From assembly GCF_009834535.1 (NCBI RefSeq), contig NC_045697.1, forward strand, positions 46,130,001 to 46,194,000: a stretch of 64,000 nt of DNA, written 5' to 3'. The notes below the pieces were generated by a model that saw nothing but the letters and a program-made list of their open reading frames with translations, did not search any database and had not been told where the DNA came from. This document shows, in pieces, positions 1 to 14,850 of the stretch (within the stretch, counting starts at the first letter, position 1; each line of letters starts with the position of its first letter). The translations under genes were made by a program, and so were the position numbers. This stretch comes from Camelus ferus (lineage: Eukaryota).

Positions 1-3000
1 TTGCAACATTGGGATACTTTAAGAAAGATGCAGATACATGTTTCCAAAGCAGGATGAAATATTTTAAAATAGAACCAGAGAATAACAGCCAATAAAGTAT
101 AAAATATTTGATAATATTATTTGATTGAATGATCTGAGGATGTTCTAGCATATAAAATAGAATTGGGAGAATGATACCTTCTTTTGGAGTTATAGTTTTT
201 GACAACATTTACTTGGATGTATTCCCAATTTCAATCCAAATATAAAAGTGAGTACTTAAAAAAAACAATAGAGGCCTTATTGCCATAACATTATTAGAGT
301 TGAACAACTACTAACAGGATCCTTAATGGTTCACGTATGAAAACCCATAGTCCCTTAGTTATAAATTTATAACTGTGACTGGGAAAATTAGTGTATAATT
401 TCTAAAATAGAAGAAATCCTAGAAGAAACTTTAATTTCATGTCCAGTTATAGAAAAGCATAGACTGAGATTTACTTTTAAAAATATGGTTTGTGTTTTTA
501 GACATTAAATAATTTAAATTTTAAAAGGAATGCAAACTTATTCAAACAAAAGAGACCTCTACATTTAAAAATGTAATCAATGTTGGTGTATTCCATGTTG
601 GTAGTATGTTCTTCCATGACTTTTTCTATGCTATTTCAATTATCCCCAAATATTTGGGAGGTTTTTGTTTATTTTAGGAAATGAAATCTTATAATACACA
701 TGGTTGTGCTGCCCTCATATAAAAATATGCCAAGGGTAGCCCTCCTAGACTAGATCAATACGTATGGATCTAATTCATTCTCTTAGATATTTGCTCTATG
801 TTTCATAGACTCATATACAATAAATATATACTCTTTAAGTTCTTTCCAACATTTTTTAGCAGTAATTACTTACAATGCAAAACATTCAAATGTACCTTTG
901 ATTTTATTTCTGTGCGATAGAGTCCCCAAAACTGGGATAGCTGGGTTAAAGGTTACGAGCAATTTTTATCTGAATAAACGCTGCCAGATTACTTAACAAA
1001 AGCTATATATCTCCTCAAAGACCCCTGCAGCAATGCATGAAGCTCTCCACTTCTGTAGAAACATAGATATTCTGGATTTTACATTCTTGGAAAGATGTCT
1101 TCAATTATTTTAAAAGATTTGCTAATGAGATTGGATTATTTTGTATCATTCTGGAGCTTAGAACTAGTTTAAGTGAAATTAGCTTTTGGCTTGGTATATT
1201 TTTTTCTAGCAATGAGAGCTGTTCATAAATATAGACTGCTTTTTTCAGAGATCAGTTTACTGTTTCTGCAAACTATGCTTTGGAAATAACCTGCTAAAAA
1301 TAATTCTTATATTTGCATAATAGTTTATTGCTTATATAACACATTCATATTTTAAATTTCTATTACTCTTTTGATCTCCATTAATCTGTTATTTTGTATG
1401 CTAGTTTTTAGTAAATCTTGTTTTCTGAAGATTTATATTAATCTCCAATGTATTCTCTCATTTTCCTTCTCCGTGTGTCTCCCAGCCCCAGTTTTGTTTT
1501 TGGCATTTTGGAAAAAAACAGAGTATTATGGGGTACACCATTCACCCAGAAGTAGGTAGTATAGTCATCAATATCCTAATTATGTGTCTTTTATAGACCA
1601 CATACCAACTTAATATTCACTTTAAAATAGTAAAGTTTAATTCAGACTTATCTGTAAATGCAACACGGCTCTTAGATTTAGGTTTATCTCTATTACCCTA
1701 GCCAATGTCAGTGATGCTGGAACCAAACTGCAAAATATTCCTCCCTTCATCTCCCCATAACTGAATTTTGATATGAGAATCAAAGGTGAAGACTTTAAAA
1801 ACAAGCTTAATGGAGTAGTTTTAATTAACAGTTAGATTGTATTTTGGTAGAGGTTGCAGTTCTTAGAAAGCCGGCAGGGGAAAAGTGTTCTTACAACTGT
1901 GAACATCAGAGACCTCAGAACTTGGTGATTACATGTCTTGGCAACAATGAGAGTAAGTACACCATCCCAAGGGCAGATGACATATTTTCCAGACGTCACT
2001 ATTTAGTTGTGTCACTGTCCAGCGGCAGCCACCGATTAGGAAAAAAATCCTTCCTCCCCTTAAGGAGCATAGCCGGCACTGAAGGCAGTGGGGGAGATGT
2101 TGGCAAGGTACCGGAACAGGTGGCAGCAGCAGGTGTGATAGGCGAGAGATGACAAGGGCACAGAGTGTGCTGCGGCTGGCAAGCTGTCGGTAACCAGCGT
2201 TCAGGAACTGCCGAGAACAGAGAAAGAGCAGAGATGGTGGCACAGGGAAAGAGGAGCAGGGCAGAGCAGACTGTCATAGCAGGGTGACAGCTACCCCCTG
2301 AACAAGCACAAACAGGAAATGTGATGAGAGTGGAAGTGGTGACCTGCAGCCCCAGACTGGCTTGGAGGATCACACCATGATGACAGGGAAGCCTGCGGTC
2401 CTCCAGCAGACGTGCAAGTCACCCAGAGCTCACATGCCAGAAGGCAGACCACACCCTGCAGTCACAGTGAGAGAAGAAAACAAAGAGAAAGGAATTCAGT
2501 GATATTTCTTTTTTTCATCTCTTTTGGATGCTTTGGCTTTTTTTTTTCCACTCAAGGAACCATGATCTGAGGAACATGTGGATGTCCCCAAATACTCTGA
2601 GAACCCAGAGGTCTTAGATTGGGAATCAGAGACTAAACATATTGTTAAAGCCCCAACTGTATCTGCTCTATAGCTGTGTTGAGACCACAATCAAGATGTC
2701 TAATTATAGATGATTGTAAAACACTTCTCTCATACAATTCAACTGACTAAATATTTACTGATGCCATATTTACTGCATTAAAAGTCCCATAAAACAAGGA
2801 GTCGCTGAGGACTGTTACTATGCTGCATTTGGACACTGCCTTGATACTATATAAATATACAATGTGATTACATTTAAATCCACTGTGATAGAATTCCATC
2901 AATATTTTATTATGTTTGTTTTGACAGATTATCTCACATAAGATATTTCTCCAGGATTCTGAAGTGTCAGACTTGCTCAGGGTGCAGTGGAGTTGCAAAG

Positions 3001-3109
3001 CAGAGCTGAGTTTCAGTACATCACAATATATTATGTTTTCTGATACACCTAATAATAATTTTTAAATGGTGATTTTTTGAATGTCAGCCTGTGGTTATGA
3101 CAAGATTGG

Positions 3110-3520
3110 TTTACTCATTCAAAATTCTTTTCATAGTGCTTACTTTGTACAGGTGCTGTTCTGGGTACTAGAGATGTCATAGACAACAACAATAAAAACA
3201 ACCATGACCTTTACTGAACTTCCACTGCAGTGAAGGGAGGCGGATGATAAATAAATAAACCACTGAAAAATTAATCATAGTAAGCAGGATGGAGATATTA
3301 GGTTGGAGGACAGAATGTTGCTATGTTACATAGCACGGTCAAGAGCGGCATTCGTGACAAATCGCCACTACAAAGCAACATAAAAAGTGAGGAAGCAACC
3401 TGTGCAGATATGGAAGAAAAATTATTCTGAAAAAGACACACTTGGTGCAAGTCATTCATGAATTCTGTTGTTCAGGGAATCAGAGAAAAGGAAAAGTGGC
3501 TGGAAGGGAATGTAGGAATG
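3110..3520 (-). mobile_element. L2 LINE 3' fragment (decayed L2 probably resumes after the MER20 to about 4200)
   Basis: cattcaaaa...gtgcttactttgtacaggtgctgttctgggtactagagat resembles the reverse complement of the L2 3' terminus. Confidence 0.6.
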
Positions 3521-3664
3521 AGAAAAAAAAGTTGTTTTTTTTTTTAAGATGCAGCGATTAACCACTTGTGTGAAGATGAGGATGATTAGGAAAGAGGAAG
3601 AACTTGATGATATAAAAGAGGGATGGAAAGATGCTGGGAAGAGATTCAGTGCTTTAAGGTGGGA

Positions 3665-3866
3665 TAGGCTTTTTCCACCTCAACACTGGGCCAGACAAGT
3701 CCTCACTGTGAGGGCTCTTATATATCCTAAGACTGCTTAGTAGCAACGACGACCCTACTACCCATTAGACACCTGGAGCTCCCTCATAGTCAAGTTATGA
3801 TGATCAAAAAATGACTCTAGACTTTGCCAAGTGCCCCCTGGGGGACAGAACCACTGAGAACCACTG
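3665..3866 (-). mobile_element. MER20 (hAT-Charlie DNA transposon)
   Basis: Ends ttgccaagtgccccctgggggac...gagaaccactg, matching the reverse complement of the MER20 5' end as recalled. Confidence 0.7.
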
Positions 3867-4599
3867 GTGTAGGACTTGGTCTTCAGCAAGAGCATAGATA
3901 GTTCATCTACAGTAGCAAAGGGAAAGCAGGGTAAATGGTCATGGATTCAGATGATCTTAAAAATGTGATAGGTGGAATATAAGGAGTTACTTCTGATCGA
4001 TTCTGTTTCACCTGAGAATGTGTAGGGGAAAGAATATACTGGAAATTGAAGAAGAGGGGAACAGCATCTGGGAGAGTGAGGGGGCGAATGGTCTAAGGAA
4101 ATGCAGCTGGACTGCCAGAGAGCACTAAAGCTAGGTAATGAATTCAAAGTAAAATCAGCCAGCATGGTTAGGCATTATGACCATGGCTGCGGGTGAAGGA
4201 CAAGGCTGCTTCTACCCAGCCATGTAGTTCCTCTTACACAATAACCTATATAGTCAGCTGCTTATCTAGATGGAGATCAGGAGAAAGGGAAATACAGAGA
4301 CAAAGGAATTTAAATTAGTAACTCAAGATACTCTCCAGTCATACTAGGAAGATATTCGTGGCTACTTCAAATAGACGTCTCTAACAAGGGTCATATTTTG
4401 AGAATTGTAAATATATTTTTGTCCTTCATCTTTCTGAGTATAAGATCTTTATGAAGCTGATCCAAAATATACAACCACTTGGAAAGGGAAAATAATGGGA
4501 AGACTTTGCTAGAAAACATGGAGAGAAAGAATAAAGCAATATCTGATTTCTGACGTGGAAAATATGATTTGGCAGCAGGACTAGTTAGGACTAGTTTCC

Positions 4600-4756
4600 T
4601 TGTTCTGGGAGCACTGTCCTGTGCATTGTAGGATGTTTAGCAGCATCCCTGACTTCCACCAACCAGCACCTCACCCCAATGTGACAACCGAAAATACCTC
4701 CAGATACTGCCAAATATCTCCTCGAGGGAAAAACCACCCTTAGTTGAGAACCACTG
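4600..4756 (-). mobile_element. MER20, second better-preserved partial copy
   Basis: ctgtcctgtgcattgtaggatgtttagcagcatccctg...gtgacaacc...gttgagaaccactg is close to the recalled MER20 consensus. Confidence 0.85.
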
Positions 4757-6109
4757 TAGCAGAAGATTTCATAAATTCCTTTTAGTTCCATTTAATATAT
4801 CAGGCCAGGCTTGAAGGACTTACATGACAGAATCTTCCAGAGGATGGAGAAAATTTACCCCTTTCACCTACAGTAGCTAAGCCATAGAAAAAGATATCAT
4901 TTAAACGGAGGGGAAAATATACAATTTGTCAAAAGACTCCCTCACTTTCCTTATAGTGGTAATAATATGCTTCCCCTTTTGGTCCAATTATCATCCTCTG
5001 GAAATAAATTTAATTATTTTATTTAACTGCTATTCCATTTAATAGCACTTCATCTATTTGAAGACAGTTTTCATGTCCTGTCTAGCTCTTCCTCTTTTGA
5101 ATTAATCATTTCCAATTCCATCAACCAAGTTTACACGTAAATTATTCTTGTGAATCATTTTCGTGGGGGACCTGGAGGATAAAGGGTAAGGCGTCTTTGT
5201 CTCTGTGTGAATGTAGGCAAGAGGATGTATACATCCTCAGGGCCTTTTAACGCACTCAGCAGACATTTCTCTTAAGACACCGACAATATACACAATTCTG
5301 TTTCTTTCATGAGTGCATAATTATCTTATGATAGAACTTACAGGACACCCACTTCTAGTGTGGATTTTGTTAGAGGCCAGCCAGATTCCACTATAATGAG
5401 CCATAACATTCAAGTATGGGAGAACCCTGGAACTGCCTAGGAGTGGGGACACCACTTCTAGTCTAAGCTCCAGTATTGTCAGTGTGACCCTTACTCGATA
5501 GCTTAAATAACTGATGTTTCTCCTTTTTAACAATAGTTGTATCTTATTACCTTTATCCTTACATTGCAACATGTCAACTACCAAGGGTGATAAAAGGAAG
5601 TAAGTGATGATTGGAAGAATTCCAGTAGCAGTTACAAGAAATGACCACAGGAAGAAAGAAGGGAAGAATATGCTAAAAAACGAGTTAACAGTCACAAAAA
5701 GGAAGGGGGGGGGGTAGAAGAGGAGCAACAGCAGGAAAGTCGCCTAAAAGTATAGGCTATGAGTACTCTTTCTCCTCCTCCTGTTTGGAAACTGACAAGC
5801 CCTGGGCAGCTATACTGACCGGAAGGAAGGAGTGGCGAGGGGAGGGTATGGAAGGACCAGAGAGCAGAGCAACTGAACACCTGAGAGAGCAAAAGGAAGG
5901 AAAGTGAAACCACGGAGAGAGGAAGCGTGAGTGTTAAAAGGTATTCCAAGAATTGATGTGTCCCAGCTGAGGAATGGAAAGCGAGCAGGAGGAAAAGAAA
6001 TCTGAATTTGAAGTATAAATTGGTCATTAGAATAATATTTAAAGAAGATAATAAGCGGAGAGACCTTTGTTAAAACTCATCTAAGAATAGACAGCTTAGA
6101 GCCGCTATC

Positions 6110-6225
6110 AAATTATTATAAATTATTGAGGTACATTTATATATTATATGTTATACATCATATAATTATATATAAATTATATATAATTATCTATAAATTA
6201 TTTATATATATAATTATATACATAT
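6110..6225. repeat. AT-rich low-complexity (TATAAT-like) repeat
   Basis: Degenerate repeats of ataattata/aaattatat. Confidence 0.8.
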
Positions 6226-6919
6226 GTAATTTCCAACAGGTGATAGAGTCAGGAGGACAGGACTGTGTTCAAGATTCTACCACCCATGCTGCTATGTGAA
6301 TGGGGAATGCTGGTTCGTTTGACCAGCAGTGAAAGTTGAATGGTTTTCCAAATTCTCCTTATATGTTTCCATGGTAAGAAAGAATATTATACAGCAATTG
6401 TGATTTCAAAAATGAGTGTATGCAATGTAAGTTTTGGAAGCAGAAATGTATGAAAAAAGTTCAGAGAAACTGGGGGCTTGGATCTAGTTTTACAGCATGT
6501 TTGTACCCATGTTTTGTATCAATGAAATGCTGAGTTCTGTTTAAAAACAGAGGCCACTACACAAAAAAACAGGCCCAATTACTCAGCCTTCTTTTTTACG
6601 ATACTCTACATTTGACCCAGAAAATAAGCACAGGGCAAATGTAAAATGTATTGGAATAAAGAAATATTTATTTTAAAGTAGTTCTATTCTGCTTTTCGAC
6701 TATGACCAACTGTAGTAGGCCACCAACCCAACAGACTTGACCTCAAAACAGCTAGCTATGTTTATTTGTTCCCTTGAAGACCTGATATTCTATTAGAACT
6801 TTTTTTAAGCAGGGGGAGAAAGGGGGTGAATGTATCATTTCCAAAGAAGTACTTACAAAAGTTTAAACCTCAAAATGAGAAAAATAAGTATGTTAATATG
6901 CTGTTTCGAGCATTATTTA

Positions 6920-7220
6920 TGGGTGGGGGAGCTGGATGAAGGTGATCAAAAGGTGCAAATTTCCAGTTATAAATAAATAAGTACTGAGCATGTAAAGTAC
7001 ATAATGACTGCTGTATGGTATATTTGAAAGTTGTTACGAGTTCTCATCACAAGGGAAAAAGTCTTATTTCTCTATATGAGATGATGGATATTAACTAAGC
7101 CCATCGTGGTAATCATTGCACAATATATGTAAGTGAAGTCATTATGCTGTATATACCATGAACTTATGCAGTGCTGTATGTCAATTATACCTTAATAAAA
7201 TTGGAAGAAAAAATTAAAAG
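6920..7220 (+). mobile_element. L1 3' UTR fragment (L1MA-like)
   Basis: aaggtgcaaatttccagttata...ttctcatcaca...tatgtcaattataccttaataaaa followed by an A-rich tail. Confidence 0.8.
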
Positions 7221-9559
7221 TTTTAAAATGATATAAAATAAAATATTATTTATTAATTTTAAGACTAAAAATACATCTATGAATCATTTCCAGGGTCACA
7301 AAGATCAAATGAGAAAGTGTGAAGTGAAATGCTTTGGTAAGTATAAAATACTAAAGAAATTTAAGCTCTATTGTTATTCATGTTTCTTCTGAAATATAAG
7401 TCATCACAAATATGCATTACTAATGGCTCAGATAAATGAAAACATTCAATGATAAAATACATATGAAGAAAGAGAATTCAGTTCCTACACAGTTAGAGAA
7501 AAATGAAGTTTGGAAGATACAAATGTTTAAACGAGAAAAGCAAGTAATGTGGACCAAAGTTTAAAGAGGGAAAGTATTTACTACTGTTACTCTTCTAAGG
7601 AGACAATAGCCCTTCCAACATGGAAACCTGTTAGCTTTCCTCATGGGAAAAATTTTTTGTAGAAATACCTTGTATTTGTAGGACATATTTCAAAAGAATA
7701 AGAAAAATAGACAAATAATAGTTTTGTTATAATGTGCAATGTTAATAATAAGTGATTTTGTAAAGATGAGAAAATTTGGTAAAGAGACATAGCGCCTCAG
7801 ATCACTTGTACGACTGGCAGGTAAAGATAAGCTAAAAAGATATAAAATAAAATAAAAGGTCAGTCAGTGATGGAAACTCTGTAGAAGATGAATGTGAGGA
7901 ATGAAGGGAGAGTTTCTGGATGAAAGGACAGTGGACAGTTCCTTCTCCTTTCAGGCCTCCCTTACTTATATCAGTGAGACAAAAGTAGAGACTGTTGGTG
8001 CAGTGTGTGTCTACCAAGCAAGGAAACAGAAACGGCTGAGTTAGTTGTGAGCAGACTGCCACTGTTCTGGTAAGAGCAAATACAAAGCCACATGCATAAG
8101 GTACAAAACAGAACTGTGTCGTTTCAGGGATTGATTCTGCAAACAAGTTCAGTGTTCTTACAGTCACATTTAAAACTAGCCTTGTGCAATACAAAGATAA
8201 ACAGCAAAATTTACACAATGATTAAAATTTTAAAATTTTCTTTACTTTGAGTAATATTAAATAGCTTAAATAGCTAATTAAAAAAAAAAAAAGGACTGGC
8301 ATGATAAGTTGAGAGACAGAAGCAGGAAAAAAGGAAAATGTTTTGTATTTCAGTACCTTTAATGGCACTCTTCTGCCTTCTGAACAAGAGGTCCCACACT
8401 GATTGTGAACTGGGCCCTGCAAAGTATGTAGCCAGACCTGCCTGAGGCATCATTATTGGGTCCCAACCATCATCCAGAATCCCTTTCCACCTCCTTACTG
8501 GGGCCTCAGTTTCTGTTAGAATTATACAAAGTTGTCATTCAGCAATTGCACAGAAGCTTGAAATGCTCAGAGATGCCATACAGAGAGCGGTGAATTTGAC
8601 TAAGAGAGAGGCATCGTGCCCCAAACCTGCCAACCATATGTGTTTGGGGAAGTGACTGACATTTTTGGCCCCTAATTTCCTCAACTTTCAAATGGGGTAA
8701 AAATTTTCTATCCCTGGGGCCACTTCAAGGTCCAAAGAATCTGTAACTATGAGAAATAAAAATTTCAGTTAATAAGTCTGCAAGTAACTTGGAGAAGGAA
8801 ACTCATACCTCCATTCTGCTTTAGCCTTCATAGGTGGTAAATCATGCGTCAGAGAAGGACCGAGAAGATTAACTACATTCTTGATATAATTACATAATTG
8901 TAATGTTTTGAGTAACAATTGAAATAAAAATATATAAAAATCACAGTCAAAAGAAAATATGAAAACTGTATATATTTTTGGATATTTTATAGTACTCATT
9001 TTATGTATATATTCATGTTACCTTAGAAACTGTTTTAAAACTTAGAGTTAATTAGAATAATGACTATTGTCATTTTGAACTCCTTAAATGATATTAAAAT
9101 AGCATGATTGTGTTGTTAGTCTTTAATAATATTAAAGAAGTTTTATAATTATACAATTATTCATTTATATTTCCAAAATGTGTTCTTTGTAAACTAGCCA
9201 AAATTAATTATGTTCATTTCCTAAGTTAATTGCCTTAGAATATTGGTTAATTGGGTTTCCTTCTAACTTCTCAACCTTATATTCAGTGCAAAATATAACT
9301 GGAAAAGTTAAACTTTCATTTTAAAAACATACATATTTTCTTCATTCGGTCAGTGGGAAACTGAAGGCAGAGGGCATAGCTGCCTAAATTCTCAAAGCAA
9401 GTCAGGAACAGACTCCTAAGTGTTACACTTCTTGTACTAATCATCATGTTCTCTAACTTCATAAAAGGAAGCTGCCAAAAAACTTCAGCAAATCATAATA
9501 ATGACATATTAAAATTTTTCCCATTAAAGCCAATAGAAGGCACAGATGCTCAAATTCTT

Positions 9560-11600
9560 TCAATTCAGCATTTTAAAGATCCTAGTTAATGCAATAAACC
9601 AGAAAAAAAATTAGAGGTATATATATCTCTGGAAGGAAGAGACAAAACAGTCAACATCTGATGATGGTATGATTGCTGATGTAAAAATCATCTAAGAGAA
9701 TCACCAGACACACTATTAGAACTGATAGTTAGAATTAATTCATTTAGGTAGACAGACATCAGATCAACCTTTAAAAATCAGTAGCTTTCTTTTGTACAAG
9801 CAATCACGAGAAACGGCAAAAGAATAAAGGGTTTCATTCACAGTATCAATAACTACAGCATGACTGTGGATAAACCTGTCACGGTCAGTCTATTAGAAAA
9901 ATATGTTAACTAAAGGACATATTATGACATAAAAATTTCAGAGATACATATATTCATTGACGAGAAGATTCGACATATCATTTCACCCCAGATTAGTATG
10001 TGAATTTAGTGCAATGCTCGCTTGCAATAGAATTTTTCTGTAACCATTATAATCTAATTCTAACATTAATATGAAAGAGTAAATAAACAAAAGTAGCAAA
10101 GATAATTTTGCTATTTATTTTTGTATTTGAAGAAATAAAAAAGCTTTGCTATGCCAGTGAGCTAAAAAGGTGCTACTTTTTAAAATGTGGTGTTACACAG
10201 GTATGCGTGAATAATAAATAATATTAAATTAATAGTCAAGTGCCCAGAAATAACTCTGTAAACATAGGAAATTTACATTATCATAAAAGTAGCATTTAAA
10301 ATCAGTAAGAAATTATTAACTATTTATCAAGTGGTGTAAGGAATATTTATCATCCATTTAGGAAAAAGAATGAAATGAGATTTGTACCTCACACACAAAA
10401 ATAATCCTCAGAAAATCTGAAGACTTAAACAAAATTATAACAATAAAACTGTATAAGAATAGATGAAAATATAAGATAAATGTACAAGATACATATTTGT
10501 TCTGAGAGTACAAGTGATCTTCTTAAGGAAGATACAAAAATTAAAGTCATAATAGAAAGAACTGATAAATAGACAGCATAAAAACAAAAATTTATGACAG
10601 AGAAATAAAGTTAAAAGTCAAGAGATGGGTTTGAAAAATACTTGCATAACTGTAAGCAATAAGCATTTGATATTCAAAGTACATAAAACCTCCTAGAGAT
10701 TAGTAAGAAAAAACAAATGGCACAGTAGAAAAACAGGCAAAAAATATGAATAAGAAATTCACAGAACTACAAATACCCAAAAAATGTATGGAAAGATGGT
10801 GAATGTAAATGGTACTAATAACTTGGCAATAGTTTCAGACATGAGATACCATTGAAATGACTATGTAAAGATAGATAATGAATGTTGGCCTGAGTTTGGG
10901 GAGCCTGCTCTTCTCCAGTTGTTGCTAGTTGCGAGGGCACTGGTGAGACACTGGGAGACACTGGGAGAGCTAATTGGTAGTATCTATTACAGCGTTCATT
11001 GCCTCTCCCTATGATCCAGCAAGTCTCTTCACAGTACCCAGTGCAGAGAAATGCTTGGTCATGTACAGGCAGAAAAAGAAACTAACTGTACATTTTGAGG
11101 AAAATGGGTAATTATAGATAAGTTCATTCTCAAAGACATTATGCCATAGATCCAAAGAATGAGCGAGATTTATAGGAATCAACATGTAAATAACTTCAAC
11201 ATCTATTATTGAATAAAAATCATTGTACACCAGAAATTGTTGCAACATTGTAAACTGACTATACCTCAATAAAAAAAGGAAAAAAAATCTAACACATAAA
11301 TGACAGAACAATTTGTTCAATGGTATTTAACATTTATTTTAAAAACACATGTGCACATAAAACAAAATAGTGTGGTATATATTGTAGGTGTCTGAAACAT
11401 TTGAACATAAATATTTATCACCAGATCTGGAAGAATACACAAAAGGAGGTACCTTTGGGAAGGCTTGGAGATTAGACCCAGTAAACAATGGAGGCTGCCT
11501 CTTCTCTGTACTATTTCAGTATTTTATACAGAAAAATTGGTCATGTATTATATTTATGCATGAAAATAATTTTAAATACTATTAAAATTAGTATTATGTG
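9560..11600 (+). mobile_element. Old decayed L1 (ORF2 3' half plus 3' UTR)
   Basis: A-rich + strand with L1 landmarks (gatggtatgattg, ctattagaactgata, atgagataccat, agaattcacag); no open frame. Confidence 0.7.
11221..11288 (+). mobile_element. Very short young L1 3' tail inside the old L1
   Basis: tgtacaccagaaattg...caacattgtaaactgactatacctcaataaaaaaa; same tail motif as at 15675 and 55735. Confidence 0.7.
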
Positions 11601-14600
11601 TGTAATGATTTAAAGTGTACTTGCTGTTTTAACTTTTTTGCTCTCAGATGTCAAACATTTTCTTCAATAAGATCTTTTCAAAAGTGGTAAAAATTATGTT
11701 AGAGGGGCCTCTGTCACAGTGCATTTTGATAAGTAAGTCATGGGTGAATGATATAAAGAGATAGTCTTTTGGAAGGTAAGAATAAATGTCTTACGTGATT
11801 TCCCTATAAATGCCTCCATTTCATAGAGAAATGAGATACTGCACTATTTCTGAGCTTAAAAACTGCTGATTTGGGGTAAATTTTAAGAATAGCTGAAAAT
11901 ACTTTAAAATCAATATCAGTATGGATATAGGAGAGCTATAGAGGGCATTTATTCAACTGAGAAGCCAGAAAATTGTAACTTTATGCCAGATGGCTTAGTG
12001 GGAAATACACATGACTATAAACAGACAAAAAATATAATATGTTTGTAACGTTACTTTTTATGCACAAGTAGTGGTACTAACAGTATAATAGCAGCTTGTG
12101 AATGTTTTTTATGTTAGTCAAAACCTCAAACAATAAAATGTCTTAGATATACTAAGCACATTAGACATTCACATTTTAAAGACATTGCTTTTTAAAAAGG
12201 GGTTCAAAACACAGCTTTAATGGATTACTAGGGAAATTAAATCAAGAATGATGAAATTCGGAGATTCAATTCAACTGGTGTTGATGCTGGATATTTTTCA
12301 TCAGTACTAAGGTTTGCGGCAAGGGGCAGAAATTGAACGACTGTTTCTAAGTCTCAAGAGGGCTGCACATCTCTTATTGTTTCACACTAATACAGCATCA
12401 TAAAGTCCATGAAAACTTTAGAAAATAGACATTAGTGTTCTAGATGCTAGCATTGAAATAGAGATATTTAAATAATCAAAAATAATATAGATATAATTAG
12501 ATATCGAAGAGGGTCATTCAAAATGTCATAATATAAAATACACTTGAAACATAAGAATATACGACTCCAGTATCAGAAAGATTTTAGAAAAAGAGTTTGA
12601 GAAATAGCAGAAACTTTTCTGGGAAAAATCAAAAGTTCCAACATTGAAAATAAAGGCATGTAAAAAAGATTCAGTGACAGTAATCAAGGCTAAATTTTTC
12701 CATTTTTAAGGGAAATAAGTTGAAAAAGTGACCTCTAGTGGACTCTCAGCTTCATGCATAAAGTTGGCTCTTTTTATTTTGAAAAAAATAAAAGTTTGTA
12801 TCACGAATATAAGTTGCTAAGGACATAGAATCTGGATAACGTATTTTTAAAAACACGTTTAGAAACATTGTATTTATTTTGGCTGTTTTCAAAATTTAGA
12901 AATCATTATTTCAAAAGGAGTTCACAAAGTCTCCTGATATAATCTAGTATCTTTAAAATAACATCAACTTTAAAAAGTACTTTTCACACATGGAACAGTG
13001 TTTATTGCCCAAAAGTGCATTTCCAGGTGGGCGAGGAGAGACACAGTTTAGATTCAGGAGAATGAGTGATAGGATCTCATTGACCCATGCCTTTATTAGC
13101 CCAATGCTTCATTTCTTTCCCTCGCACACTGCCAGTGGATGGCACACCGACAAGACAGACTGACCATGGCACGTGCTGGCTTCTTACCTTCTAAACTCAG
13201 GCTGATCATCTGCAGGAACCCAGACCCTCTGATGAGCACATGCCGCAAACCAGCACCCATTATTTCTTGACTTCAGGATCTTGAAGGAAATTCGTTAAAA
13301 AGCACACATTGGAAACAAGATGTTGATTTACAGTAGGGTGGTGAAAGAGTAGAAGCAGAAGAGGTCCTTACTGAGTTAAAGAGGAGATTTCTCTTCAAAA
13401 ATCACTATAAAATATATTTTTATGAAAAAAGAGAACCATTTTTTTCAAAGAGCAAAAAAAAGTTAAGATGAAATTTCTTGAAAATAAAATATATTCAGGA
13501 ACTCTATTTCCAAGTAAACATAAAAATTCTGTGCAAGTTCCACAGAGCACAGGAAATTTCTGGAATGATCATTTTGCTCTTTCTAACCCAGAAAAATTAT
13601 TATTTAAAAAAATTACAGTTAAAATTAATTAAAAATTAATTTCTGAAAAATTGTAAATCAATAATCATCTCGAGGTGAGAATTTTTTTTCTTTCTAGAAG
13701 CAGAACTTTATTAGTCTTCTTCAACTAATATCATATAGTTTTATAGGACTAAGAAGATTTCAGTAACTTTTGAAAACCTCTGCTAGCTCAACCCCACACC
13801 CATTCAGAGAAATATTAAAATGGGATGGGGTGTGCAAGCTTAGCATCACTTCCATCGACTTTTCATAGTTTGATTTTTCCTTTCTACTCAATTCTCTTAG
13901 AGTGAAAACTACAGAACTACATGTTTTTCATCTTTCTTGGCCTCAATTCTTCCAGCACCTAGGTGATTTAGGAAAAAAAAGGAGATCTAAAAGGCTATTT
14001 AAAGAGATAGGATAATTTTTTCCCCAAAAGTTAAACATAGAGATTTGGAAATGTTGTATACAGAATCATTTTGGGGGGCTCTCAGAGGATCCATTGCTAA
14101 TAGAATCCATGCTTTGATTCTTTTTTTTTTTTTAATACAGACTTCTTAGCGACTACTTGACAATTTGTCTTACCAGCCTATACAAGCGCTCAGAACGTGC
14201 CTTTCGTGCTTAAGAAGCCAGCTTATCAAGACCTCCCACGCTGCTCACTCCAGGCGTGAGTGAGCAAACAGGTCTGGCCGGTGTGCCCTAAAGGCCAGCA
14301 TTCCTGGGCTCCGCCAGACCACCAGGGAAGGGAGCTCTTGGGAGCGGTGAGGTTCCAAAGGAGTCTGGAGGAGTGGGTTTTTACCCCAGATGTTTAGAGG
14401 AGACAAGGAATCTACTCTGTCATGTGGAGGAGTCCGTGGTTCAGACTCCAACTTTATCTTAGTTTCCCACTTAGAATTCTCAAGAAATAGTCTGTATCCC
14501 AGGAAATCTCCTCTCATAGTTTCCCAGCAACATCCTCTTTGTACAAAAAAGCACAGAAGATGCCTCCCTTCATTCACAAAAGGGAGAAAAGAATTTAACC

Positions 14601-14699
14601 CCAAGATAACGGAAGATTCACAAAGGCCTATAAAGGGGGTTATGAAAATAAGAATTATTATGTATCTAGTACCTGCTAAGTGACTTGCACTTCCATAGT

Positions 14700-14850
14700 T
14701 CACCTCTGGTCTTTACAACAACCTTATATGCTTTTCAGTATTCCAGTTTACAGGCGAGAAAGCTGAGGCTCAGAAAAATAAGATGACATGCCAACAGTAC
14801 ACATGGCACAGAGCACCACCAAGAGGGAGTATCAAGGTCTTTCTGACTCC
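14700..14850 (-). mobile_element. MIR SINE fragment
   Basis: tttacaggcgagaaagctgaggctcagaaa resembles the reverse MIR core. Confidence 0.6.

Noticed and set aside
1844..2500. Purine-rich, moderately GC-rich stretch with overlapping 100-124 aa ORFs
   Set aside because: No recognisable protein or splice structure; possibly an old LTR, but I cannot assign it.
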